Assembly: GCA_041937175.2 (NCBI GenBank)
Contig: CP166615.1
Location: 1,504,001 to 1,568,000 of the forward strand
DNA length: 64,000 nt
Source of the DNA: Limnothrix sp. BL-A-16
Lineage (GTDB): Bacteria > Cyanobacteriota > Cyanobacteriia > CACIAM-69d
Direction: 5' to 3'
The notes under the pieces are model-generated. The model was not told the DNA's origin. It was given only the letters and a program-made list of their open reading frames with translations, and did no database searches. The translations under genes were made by a program, and so were the position numbers. This document shows, in pieces, positions 51,101 through 60,438 of the stretch; the stretch's first letter is position 1, and every line of letters starts with the position of its first letter.

Positions 51101-51673
51101 ATGGCTCAGTCTCAGACTTCAGGATCGGGATGGTCGCGAGTGGTGCTGGTGACGGGGCCAGCGCGATCGGGCAAGAGTGAGTGGGCGGAGCGGTTGGCCG
51201 CGGCCTCGGGGCGATCGGTCATCTATGTGGCCACCTCGTACCTGGATCCCCAGGATCAAGAGTGGGGCGATCGGGTGGCCCAACACCGCCAGCGCCGCCC
51301 GAAAGCTTGGCAAAATTGGGAAGTGCCGCTGGAACTGGCCGCCGCCTTGGGCCAAGCGCCGGTCGATAGTTGTTTGTTGGTGGATTCACTGGGAACTTGG
51401 GTGGCCAACTGGCTCGATCGCCCCGATCCCGAATGGCAACAAACCTGTGAAGCGCTGTTGGCCACCTGTGCCGCTTTGCCAGCCATGTGTATTTTTGTGG
51501 CCGAAGAAACGGGCTGGGGTGTGGTTCCGGCCTTCCCCGCTGGTCGTCTGTTTCGCGATCGGCTGGGCAAGCTCGTGCGGGAATTGGGCAGCCGATCCGA
51601 TGCCTGTTACCTAGTGACAGCGGGCTTTGCAGTTAATTTGCGGGCGATCGGTCAATCCTTAACAACCGGATAA
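51101..51673 (+). CDS. cobU: Adenosylcobinamide kinase / adenosylcobinamide-phosphate guanylyltransferase
   Basis: VTGPARSGKSEWAE, HRQRRP, LVDSLGTW, EETGWGVVP, GRLFRD. Confidence 0.94.
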   Translation: MAQSQTSGSGWSRVVLVTGPARSGKSEWAERLAAASGRSVIYVATSYLDPQDQEWGDRVAQHRQRRPKAWQNWEVPLELAAALGQAPVDSCLLVDSLGTWVANWLDRPDPEWQQTCEALLATCAALPAMCIFVAEETGWGVVPAFPAGRLFRDRLGKLVRELGSRSDACYLVTAGFAVNLRAIGQSLTTG

Positions 51674-52094
51674 AAACTATTTAATTTCCTTAAATATTGT
51701 CCAAGAATTGTCCAAAACTTTAATCTAAGCTCAAGATTCTTTGTCGGTAGTCCCTCTACCCTTCGCTTAGGATCGAAGTCAGGATAGTTGGTAACCCAAC
51801 TTCCCATTCAAGCTTTTCGGTTAACCTGTTTCCATGCGCGCTGTTCACTCAGGTTTCCCCAATTATTTTTCCGAGTACCTCCCCAATAATTGTTTTAAGC
51901 CAGAAGTTTGTAATTTGAAACGAACCATTAACTCGGAATTTTAATTTGCTTCTAATTTGCTTCATAAGACCAGTTTTAACTGATCTTGAATTGAGCCTCT
52001 AAACCCAGTTTTGTTGAATCAAGCCAGCTCTAATTCCCAATCCTGGCCATCAGTTTTTTAACCTTTGGCCCTCGCCCACGGACTCCACACCAAA

Positions 52095-52619
52095 ATGGCT
52101 CCTGAAGAACGCGTTAAACAATATCTTGCCCTTTGGTTGCAGTTGGGTAAGCAAGTGGTGTGCAGTCACGATGATCGCTTGCTGGGAACTCGCCGCACCA
52201 TTGACGGTGAAGCTTACTCCGCAGAATTTGAGCAACTTTGGCAGCAAATTCTCCAAAAACCTCAGGTGTATCACTTGGCGGGCACAACCTGTTCCATGAA
52301 GGATTTATTGTCGGGACATTGGAGCTTGCTGCCCTGTGCAAGGTGTAGTTTGCTCTATCCCATCAATGACAGCTACTTGGAAGCGGGGCCCTGTCCCTGT
52401 CAGGATTTAGCCTCTTGGCCCGATGATGGGCCGCCGCCACGGGGGCCCGTTCGTGTGCAGGATTATTTGGATCAGATTCGGCTACGGCTGTCTCGCCAAA
52501 AGTTGATCCCCACACCGCCCAGCGAGGAAGCGACCGAGGGCGAGGCCCGCGAATCAGATACTTGTAGTTTGCATGGGGGCGGCTTGCATGGGGGGCGATC
52601 GGAGCATTCCCTGTCCTAG
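52095..52619 (+). CDS. Cys-containing hypothetical protein
   Basis: VKQYLALWLQLGK, CARC, CPC; ATG at 52095. Confidence 0.75.
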   Translation: MAPEERVKQYLALWLQLGKQVVCSHDDRLLGTRRTIDGEAYSAEFEQLWQQILQKPQVYHLAGTTCSMKDLLSGHWSLLPCARCSLLYPINDSYLEAGPCPCQDLASWPDDGPPPRGPVRVQDYLDQIRLRLSRQKLIPTPPSEEATEGEARESDTCSLHGGGLHGGRSEHSLS

Positions 52620-52682
52620 GGGTTAATCAACAAGTCAACAGTGCTTGATCTGAGCTACAGACTGCTGGCCATAGACTCCTAA

Positions 52683-52808
52683 TATTTGCAAAGCCAAAAT
52701 TGCTACTCTGCACGCCCCAGCGATCGACATAGACAAGGGGCTTAAGCCCCTTGCCCCCACGACGATTGATGCTTGGCCCGTGCCAAAAGATGCTTGCCAA
52801 ACATCCTC
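52683..52808. mobile_element. MITE family A, left end eroded
   Basis: aaagccaaaatt...cagcgatcgac..caaggggcttaagccccttg...acatcctc followed by TAA; close reverse-complement match to 17326-17456. Confidence 0.82.
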
Positions 52809-53126
52809 TAATCACATAATCACAGGCGATCGATCGGGTCGCTCGGCATCAGTTTCAGGGTCGGGATGGGGTTCTGGTGGGCTGGACTGTCCGGGTTGGG
52901 TTGCCATCTGGGTTATACTGATCAATCGCGCTCTCAATCGGTCATCGATCGCCCGCTGAAGGATCGCCCGCCTAAGCCGGCCGCAATGGCCGATGCTTCC
53001 AACGGGCCATTGCCTGGAGAAGCGTTTTTGGGGTTGGAGTTGTGGTGAATCTTGCCTCGATCGCTTGATGGGCCGGGATCAACACAACCGCTAAGTTTTA
53101 CCTTTTCGTCCTGCTTGGAGAACGTC

Positions 53127-53363
53127 ATGTCCCGTGTTTGCCAATTGACCGGCAAAAAGGCGAACAACGCCTACGCCATTTCTCACTCGCACCGCCGCAC
53201 CAAAAAGCTCCAAGAAGTTAACCTGCAATGGAAGCGAATTTGGTGGCCCCAAGGTAATCGTTGGGTGCGGTTGCGTCTTTCGACCAAAGCTCTGAAAACC
53301 CTGAACACCAAGGGTCTGCAAGCATTTGCTAAGGAAGCTGGCATTGATTTGAATAAGTGCTAG
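53127..53363 (+). CDS. rpmB: 50S ribosomal protein L28
   Basis: [34 protein letters not shown]. Confidence 0.97.
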   Translation: MSRVCQLTGKKANNAYAISHSHRRTKKLQEVNLQWKRIWWPQGNRWVRLRLSTKALKTLNTKGLQAFAKEAGIDLNKC

Positions 53364-53621
53364 GGCTTGTCGTTAAATTTCCTGAAACCCTGATTCCACC
53401 CTTAGCGAATCGATTTCACCCTTAGCGAATCGTGAAAGACAAGGGGCTTAAGCCCCTTGCCCCCACGACGACTGGGATATGGAAAATCAATAGATTGTCT
53501 GAAACATCGATTCCACCCTTAGCGGATCGTGAGAGACAAGGGGCTTAAGCCCCTCGTTACGACGATCGGGATATGGAAAATCAATCGTTTCTGCCTGATC
53601 CTAGGAAATGACGACAAACCC
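53363..53621. mobile_element. MITE family B (259 bp, internally duplicated)
   Basis: Ends gggcttgtcgtta / tgacgacaaaccc; TA on both sides; two palindrome copies; shares cctgaaaccctgattccacc and cctgatcctaggaaatgacgac with 32875-33054. Confidence 0.88.
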
Positions 53622-53735
53622 TAATCCCATCCAAAGATTAAGCACTGAGCTGTTTAATCCATCCCGTCCAACTTGTCCCATGTGACAACTTTTGTTGGAT
53701 GGGAATTTTTTTGGGAAATTTGAGGATTTTTCCAG

Positions 53736-54887
53736 TTGCCACAGTCAGCCCGATCCTTGGTTTTGTTGGGAGGCGGTCACAGCCACGCGATCGCCCTGCG
53801 ACGGTTGATCCAAAAACCCCTGCCCAGCGGCGCGATCGACTCAATCACCCTGATCAGCGAAGCACCCCAAGCGCCCTACTCAGGTATGGTTCCCGGCCAT
53901 GTGGCGGGGATTTATAACCGGGAAGATTGTTTTATTGATTTGCAGTCCCTGTGCGATCGGGCGGGGGTGGCGTTACGGGTCGATCGCGTTGTGGGGTTGA
54001 ATTTGGGCGATCGGCAAGTGCAACTAGCCAGCGGGGAAACGGTTGGGTTTCGCTGGCTCTCGGTTAATTTGGGCAGCACGCCCCTGGTTCCCCCGGGTGT
54101 TCAACCGCTTCTGGGGCGATCGATTATTGCCGCGAAGCCGATCCAAGCCCTGTTGGCAAACTGGGACGCGCTGTTGTCGGCCTTGCCCCAATGGGGATCC
54201 AAACCGTTGCGGTTGGTGGTGGTGGGCGGTGGTGCAGGTGGTGTTGAGCTGGCCTTGGCGGCTCAGCGACGTTTGCAACCCCTGGCGGGCGATCGCCTGT
54301 CGATTACTTTGATCCAGCGAGAGGCAAAACTTCTACCTCACTTGGCCCCGGCGGTGGGCGATCGGGTGGCCCAGGTACTGCAATCCCAAGGAATTGAGCT
54401 GGTTTTGAGTGAGACCATCACCCACGCCACTTTCGTAGGCACAGATACCCAGTTGCGGGCTGCCTCGGGGCAATTGTTTTGGGGCGATCGGGTGCTGTGG
54501 GCCACCCAAGCCGCTGCGGCCCCTTGGTTGGCGGCCACCGGCCTCGCCACGGATCCCCAGGGATTCATTGCGGTTAACCGCTATCTGCAATCCTGCTCCC
54601 ATCCCCAGGTCTTTGCGGCGGGAGATGTGGCGACCATGCTGGAGCAGCCACGCCCCAAAGCTGGCGTGTTTGCGGTGCGTCAAGGCCGCCCCCTGGCTGA
54701 CAACTTGCGAGCGGCCATTTTGGGCCAGCCCCTGAAGCCTTTCAAAGCCCAAAAGCAGTTTCTCAGCCTCATTAATTTAGCCAATGGCCAGGCGATCGCT
54801 ACCCGTGGCAATTGGACTTTTACAGGCGCTTGGGCTTGGATTTGGAAAGATTATATTGATCGGAAATTTATGCGGCAATTTCAATAG
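53736..54887 (+). CDS. FAD-dependent pyridine nucleotide-disulfide oxidoreductase (like the N-terminal domain of SelD fusions)
   Basis: LGGGHSH, PYSGMVPG, GGGAGGVE, FAAGD, PKAGVFAVRQG, WKDYIDRKFM. Confidence 0.88.
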   Translation: MPQSARSLVLLGGGHSHAIALRRLIQKPLPSGAIDSITLISEAPQAPYSGMVPGHVAGIYNREDCFIDLQSLCDRAGVALRVDRVVGLNLGDRQVQLASGETVGFRWLSVNLGSTPLVPPGVQPLLGRSIIAAKPIQALLANWDALLSALPQWGSKPLRLVVVGGGAGGVELALAAQRRLQPLAGDRLSITLIQREAKLLPHLAPAVGDRVAQVLQSQGIELVLSETITHATFVGTDTQLRAASGQLFWGDRVLWATQAAAAPWLAATGLATDPQGFIAVNRYLQSCSHPQVFAAGDVATMLEQPRPKAGVFAVRQGRPLADNLRAAILGQPLKPFKAQKQFLSLINLANGQAIATRGNWTFTGAWAWIWKDYIDRKFMRQFQ

Positions 54888-54907
54888 CTTGAAAGTAAGT
54901 ATTTTTA

Positions 54908-55061
54908 GATAGTCTCTAAAAAGTTTCTTTGATCCTGACCAAGTGTTAATTCAAAGTGTTAATGCAAGGAGCAATAGTCGTGGTGCAAGGGGCTTAAGCC
55001 CCTTGTTTATGATGATAGCTCAGGCATACAGAATAGCAATTTTGACCTTTCAAGTATCCTT
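54908..55061. mobile_element. MITE family A (highly degenerate ends)
   Basis: Perfect core plus gcatacagaatagcaattttg...tttcaagtatcct; TTA flanks. Confidence 0.7.
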
Positions 55062-55104
55062 TTAAATTTCAAAATTCCTAGAGTTTTCACCACAACTCTC
55101 AAGA

Positions 55105-57063
55105 TTAGCTGTCTCGTAAACATTGCGCGTCTAACAGCACCCAGGTTTGATCTTGCAACACGGCGCAACTATTCATTAGGGATTGCACGAGGGGTATTTG
55201 TCCTTGCCTCAGGGTTTGCAGCGCTGGCTCACTGGCCTCTGGATATTGCTCTAGCCAAGAATCTTTGAGGTAATTTTCTGAAAAAGCGGCTCGATCGATC
55301 AGCCAAAATGAAATGTGATATCGCGCCAAAAAGAATTTCATGGTTTGGGCATCGGTGCTGTATTGGGCTTCAATGGTTCGTAAAATTCGTTCCCGAAACA
55401 GGCGGTAATATCCCAGATGATAGGGGACAGCGTATTCTTTTCCCGTGAGAATTGAACGTCCTGCAAAAGTGGGAATGTCATCACCAACATTGCTCAGAGA
55501 AGCAGTTTTAATATCAATTGGTTGACTCTGAAGGAATTGATAAAGCTTGGCGGCACGACCCGTTTGATAGCTATTCGCTGGAAAAGTAGGAACTAACAGC
55601 GGATACCCCAACACCAGCACAATTAAAATAACGCTGAAGCTTCTGGAAACATAGATTTTCCAGCGAAGGGATTTTGGTTTTGGTCGAATGGCTTGTGAAA
55701 TTGGGGCATTGAAAAGCGGGGGCAAGGAATAAACCGCAGAGGAATCAAAATTTGGAATCGATCGCCCGGCCCAGCGCTGGAGAGCTTCCCAAACAACCAC
55801 AAGGCTAATGGCCGCTGCGATCGCGATTATGATTCGGAAGCTATGCCCCGTGTAGCGACTGGGCAAATGAAGCCGAAACAGCAAACCATGGGCCAACAAA
55901 AACCACCCGATCGAAGCCAAGCCCAGTTGCCATAAATTGTTAACCTCAGGCGTAATGCGGTGGCTGAGGGGAAATCGCGCTTGAATACCTTTGAACTGAG
56001 AAAGAGACAGTTGAAAAACGGGCAAAGCAAAGCCAAAAATCAAAGTAACTGGTGTCAGGAGCGATCGGGGAATGAGATTAGTACCGCGACCGAAAAACCA
56101 GTAATCAATCCAGTCGCGATCGAAAATATTTGTGCGTCCCCCATCCAGAAATTCCGGCATTGCACGGGCAATTTTTTCAGAAACCACCGGCCCAAAATTC
56201 TGCCCCAAAAAGAGCACCGGCAACAGCACAAAAAACAAGCTGCCCAAAGCACCAATATATAAAAATAGTTGTTGACGTTCCGCATCAATAAGGCGGCTTT
56301 GAATTGCCAAAACCAGATCTGATTTCTGTAATGCCAAGTCTTCTGCCACGTTCAAGTCCGAAGGATCGCGAATCGTCCAAGTGGCCGACAACCAGGCGCG
56401 TTCTAGCTTTTGATAGCCTACCCAAGCAAGTTTTAGCGAAATCAAACCACCAGAAACCAAGGCATAGGTTGGACAAATTAACCCCTGAAGGGCAATGGAA
56501 CTCCACAACAATTGAGGCGATTTTCGAACTAATCCATCTAAAACTGCTAAGAAGAGCGGAAAGGCAAAGGCTCGCGACGTACCAGAAACCAGATCATCCT
56601 TGAGCCAAAGACTTTGATTGAGCAAGATAGTTGCTAAAAAACCGGCCACCGGAACTGGGAAAATGGCAAAAGTGACCCGATAGGTAAAGAAGGTGATAAT
56701 CAGTCCAAGGATCGGCGGTAGGAGCTTATTAAAAATCAGGGGATTGATTTGCAAAAAAGCGGCCAGTTGATAGAGTTTGGTGTAGCCGATCGGGGCGATC
56801 GATTCAAAATAATCAGCAATCAAATCATTATGAAAAAGGCTAGGATTTAAAAATCGCTGCATCCAAAACACATGTTGGCGAGCGTCATCCTGCACCACAA
56901 ACTCACCGCTGAACCCTTGATGCAGGGACAGGCCACCATAGAGCGCTGCGATCGCTAGACTCCACCACAAGGGCCAGGGCGATCGCCCCGATCGATCAAA
57001 ACAAATTTGCACGAGACGATCGCGCCAGTTCCGCCCTTGAGGATGATTAACAAAATTGCTCAC
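55105..57063 (-). CDS. Polytopic membrane protein, possible GT-C glycosyltransferase
   Basis: QDDARQH acidic motif after the first TM; many TM helices; LHLPSRY. Confidence 0.7.
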   Translation of the reverse strand: MSNFVNHPQGRNWRDRLVQICFDRSGRSPWPLWWSLAIAALYGGLSLHQGFSGEFVVQDDARQHVFWMQRFLNPSLFHNDLIADYFESIAPIGYTKLYQLAAFLQINPLIFNKLLPPILGLIITFFTYRVTFAIFPVPVAGFLATILLNQSLWLKDDLVSGTSRAFAFPLFLAVLDGLVRKSPQLLWSSIALQGLICPTYALVSGGLISLKLAWVGYQKLERAWLSATWTIRDPSDLNVAEDLALQKSDLVLAIQSRLIDAERQQLFLYIGALGSLFFVLLPVLFLGQNFGPVVSEKIARAMPEFLDGGRTNIFDRDWIDYWFFGRGTNLIPRSLLTPVTLIFGFALPVFQLSLSQFKGIQARFPLSHRITPEVNNLWQLGLASIGWFLLAHGLLFRLHLPSRYTGHSFRIIIAIAAAISLVVVWEALQRWAGRSIPNFDSSAVYSLPPLFNAPISQAIRPKPKSLRWKIYVSRSFSVILIVLVLGYPLLVPTFPANSYQTGRAAKLYQFLQSQPIDIKTASLSNVGDDIPTFAGRSILTGKEYAVPYHLGYYRLFRERILRTIEAQYSTDAQTMKFFLARYHISFWLIDRAAFSENYLKDSWLEQYPEASEPALQTLRQGQIPLVQSLMNSCAVLQDQTWVLLDAQCLRDS

Positions 57064-57298
57064 GGCATCAGCCCAGATTGATTTTTTGATAGCTCGTCAA
57101 TTTATCGATCGTCAGTTGATGAGCAACCGATCATCAATGGACAAGTGATATGATTCTACTGAATTTTCAGAAAGCTTACCCCGGCAAGATTGACAGCAAA
57201 GGAATCAAGACCCCCAAGCACAAAATCAACAAGAAACCCATCAATCAAATTTTGTCAGTCTCAAGGTTCTGTAATTTATTGGTAATTTCACGACAGAA

Positions 57299-58276
57299 CT
57301 ACAACAGTCCCAAAGTTCTGAGGCAACGATAGGTAATTTCCTTGCGAGCGGTTGCCTGAGCCGGTTCCTGGAGTTCTAGGTTTGTGGCAAAGAAATAGAC
57401 CTGTTCATTTTGCTCCAAATAGCCCACATACCAGCCAATTTGAGGGTTCGCGCTCATGGCCCAGCCCGTTTTCGCTCTGACGGTGTATTGTGCCGTTTGA
57501 TCCATGATCATGATGTCTTTCACGATCGCGATCGCCCGTTCAGAAAAAGGCAACTGGTTTAGATAAAGACGCTGAAGAAACTGAATTTGTTCTTCGGGGG
57601 TAATTTTGAGCGGGCCCGAAAGCCAAAATTGATCAATATTAGAGGAATCGCCAATGTTGCGATCGCCGTAATTTGCCCCAATCACCCCAGCTTTCATACG
57701 CTCATAGCCAACACGCCGAGCCAGAATTTGATAGAACCAGACGGCTGAAACCTTGAAGGCCTCGCGCATGTTTAAATCTTGGTTCCAACCGGGAAAGGGT
57801 CGCTGAATGCCATCCCAAGTGAACCGCACATCTTGATCGGGAATCACTTGGGCATCAAGGGAAATTAGCGAATTTAAAATCTTGAAAGTGGAAGCGGGAG
57901 AAAACGGCGTTTGATTGCGCTCTGGATTGTGTTCATAAATTTGATTCTTCTGAGGGTCATAAATAATAATGGAGCCTTCAACGTTGAGATCTTGAAAATG
58001 TTGACCAAATTCAGAAACCACTTGTCGCTTGATCACAGCTTGCGGTTGAGATTTTGGTGTTAGTAATGCTTGTGAAAATTCTTGATGAGTCACCAACAAA
58101 TTAATTGGTTTTTCAATCAGGCTTTCGTTGGTTTTAGCCAAGCTGGGCAGAGAAAAATTTAGACAACAAAAACTTAAAAATGAACCAATTATTATCAAAA
58201 TCTGATCGCTCATTCGATAATTAGATTGATTCTTTTTTTGATCACTTGGTTGATTGCTGATTTGACTATTTTTCAT
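57299..58276 (-). CDS. Class D (OXA-like) beta-lactamase / penicillin-binding domain protein
   Basis: PASTFK, SAV, YGD, FWL, KTG motifs; hydrophobic signal segment. Confidence 0.9.
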   Translation of the reverse strand: MKNSQISNQPSDQKKNQSNYRMSDQILIIIGSFLSFCCLNFSLPSLAKTNESLIEKPINLLVTHQEFSQALLTPKSQPQAVIKRQVVSEFGQHFQDLNVEGSIIIYDPQKNQIYEHNPERNQTPFSPASTFKILNSLISLDAQVIPDQDVRFTWDGIQRPFPGWNQDLNMREAFKVSAVWFYQILARRVGYERMKAGVIGANYGDRNIGDSSNIDQFWLSGPLKITPEEQIQFLQRLYLNQLPFSERAIAIVKDIMIMDQTAQYTVRAKTGWAMSANPQIGWYVGYLEQNEQVYFFATNLELQEPAQATARKEITYRCLRTLGLL

Positions 58277-58456
58277 GATTCTATAATTAATGAAAATTCA
58301 AAAAATACCTAGATTAACCTAGGTTTTGGCTCAATAACTCGAACTGAGTTGGCCGTTCCAGCATACCACTAATTTGATCCCTCTTAAACCAGATCCAAGA
58401 TGGTTTCCAGCTTAAAATCAGGAAGTGAATGAAATACCAACCAATCTCAATCAACC

Positions 58457-59104
58457 ATGAGTGATCATCAACCCAGTTTAGAAACTGAGACAACGCCAGC
58501 TATCAACCCCGATCGCCTGCAAAAAATTAAGGCCGCCAAGGACAAGGCCCGAAACAATCGAGCTGGCAACGAACGGGGTTTATATTTGCTATTCACCGGA
58601 TTGGGCAAAGGCAAAACCAGCAGCGCCATGAACTTGGTCTATCGCCATTTAGCCCATGATTTGCCCGTGGCGGTGGTGCAATTTGTGAAAAATAACGAGG
58701 CGTTTCCCGATGGCGATCGCCTGTTGCTCACCCGGTTGCAAAACTTGGGATTTCCGGTGCAAATGCACACCATGGGCGGTGGATTCACCTGGGAAACCCA
58801 GGATCCCGATCGCGATCGGGCCATGGCCGCCGCTGCCTGGGAACAAGCCCTAATTTATATCCAAGATCCGCAAATTTCCCTGGTGGTGCTCGATGAGCTG
58901 CACATTGCCCTCAAGCATCAGCAACTGGATCTGGAGCTGGTGCAGGGGGGAATTCAAAATCGGCCTCACCATTGCCATGTGGCAAGCACGGGGCGTTATG
59001 CTCCTCAGGGGTTGATTGAAATGGCGGATTTGGTGACTGAAATGAACCGCATCAAACACCCGATCGCCCAGGGAATTCCCGCCCAGCAGGGTATTGAGTT
59101 TTAA
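58457..59104 (+). CDS. cobO: Cob(I)yrinic acid a,c-diamide adenosyltransferase
   Basis: TGLGKGKTSSA, VQFVK, GFTWETQD, VLDE, TGR, ADLVTEM, QGIEF. Confidence 0.94.
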   Translation: MSDHQPSLETETTPAINPDRLQKIKAAKDKARNNRAGNERGLYLLFTGLGKGKTSSAMNLVYRHLAHDLPVAVVQFVKNNEAFPDGDRLLLTRLQNLGFPVQMHTMGGGFTWETQDPDRDRAMAAAAWEQALIYIQDPQISLVVLDELHIALKHQQLDLELVQGGIQNRPHHCHVASTGRYAPQGLIEMADLVTEMNRIKHPIAQGIPAQQGIEF

Positions 59105-59111
59105 AAAGCCT

Positions 59112-59133
59112 CAGGGCGCAGGATTGCGCCCTG
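59112..59133 (+). terminator. Hairpin after cobO
   Basis: cagggcgca-ggat-tgcgccctg. Confidence 0.55.
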
Positions 59134-59463
59134 CATTCATCATAGGTTACGAATCTGGGGTGATTGCAATCTTGCTTGATATTTCTTAATCAAAAAGACA
59201 ACGAACTCTAAAGATTCTCAGCCGTTTGTGAACCGTACCTTTGGCCCCCGCCGATCGGGAAACTGCTCCAGGCGATCCGGTTGCCCGCCTTGAGAGACTG
59301 AATAGCCAATCTGCGATCGATAGCAGTGAAATTGGGTAAATTCGGAAGAGGCTGAACGTTGCTGAACGTTGCCGCTGAATGCTTGACCCTTCACCATGCC
59401 CCTTTGCTATCGCATCAATCAAGCGGACATCCCAGGCAAGAGACCCCAACCGAGAACCTGGCC

Positions 59464-60438
59464 ATGAACTGGGCAATTGAAACCCGTGGTTTAAGTAAAC
59501 AGTTCGATCGCAAGCTGGCCGTCAATCAGGTGGATTTGAAAATTTCCCCTGGGGAAGTTTATGGGCTAATTGGTCCCAACGGAGCAGGCAAAACCACTCT
59601 GATTCGGATGTTGGCGGCCGTGGAAGCGCCAACTCTCGGGGAAATTTTGATTGATGGTGAATATTTAACGGGTGAATCTCTCAGCAGTGAAGATCCCCAT
59701 CGGCGCGGTCGGCGGGCAAAACTGAAACAGCGAATTGGCTTTTTACCGGACGATTTCCCGGTCTATGAAGATCTGACCGTTTGGGATTATTTGGACTATT
59801 TTGGGCGGCTCTATGGCCTGCGGCGATCGCACCTGCGGCAGCGGCTTTATGAAGTGCTGGATTTGGTGCAACTGCTGCCGAAACGAGATAGCCCGATCGC
59901 CACCCTTTCGCGCGGCATGAAACAGCGGCTGAGCCTAGCTCGCACCATTATTCACGAGCCGATTTTGCTCCTGTTGGATGAACCCGTTTCCGGCCTTGAC
60001 CCGATCGCCCGTTTGGAATTTCGCAACCTGATGCGGATTTTGCAAGGGGCTGGCATGACCGTGCTGATTTCGTCCCATGTGCTCAGCGACTTGGCGGAAC
60101 TTTGCACCGCGATCGGGGTGATGGAACTGGGGCGGTTGGTGGCCAGCGCACCTCTGGAAGCCCTCTACGCCCAATTTGCACGCCACACCCTGGTCATCAC
60201 AGCCCTCGATCGGCTCAATGATTTGCAAACGATCCTGAAAGCCGACCCAAGGGCGATCGCCTGGGAATGTCATCCCACCACCGGCCGCATTACTGTGGAT
60301 TTTCAGGGTGATGAAACCGACTGCGCCAACCTGCTCGGGGAAATGGTGCGGGCCCAAATTCCGATTGTGGAATTCCGGCGCGATCGAGAAAGCCTGGAGC
60401 AAATTTTCTTGAAACTGGGACACCAACAAGCTTCATGA
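59464..60438 (+). CDS. ABC transporter ATP-binding protein (ABC-2 type)
   Basis: GPNGAGKT, LSRGMKQR, LLLDEP, SSH. Confidence 0.94.
   Translation: MNWAIETRGLSKQFDRKLAVNQVDLKISPGEVYGLIGPNGAGKTTLIRMLAAVEAPTLGEILIDGEYLTGESLSSEDPHRRGRRAKLKQRIGFLPDDFPVYEDLTVWDYLDYFGRLYGLRRSHLRQRLYEVLDLVQLLPKRDSPIATLSRGMKQRLSLARTIIHEPILLLLDEPVSGLDPIARLEFRNLMRILQGAGMTVLISSHVLSDLAELCTAIGVMELGRLVASAPLEALYAQFARHTLVITALDRLNDLQTILKADPRAIAWECHPTTGRITVDFQGDETDCANLLGEMVRAQIPIVEFRRDRESLEQIFLKLGHQQAS

Noticed and set aside
58277..58456. Possible cobalamin riboswitch before cobO (also checked before cobU)
   Set aside because: No B12-box or conserved GGGAA/GCCACTG elements recognised.
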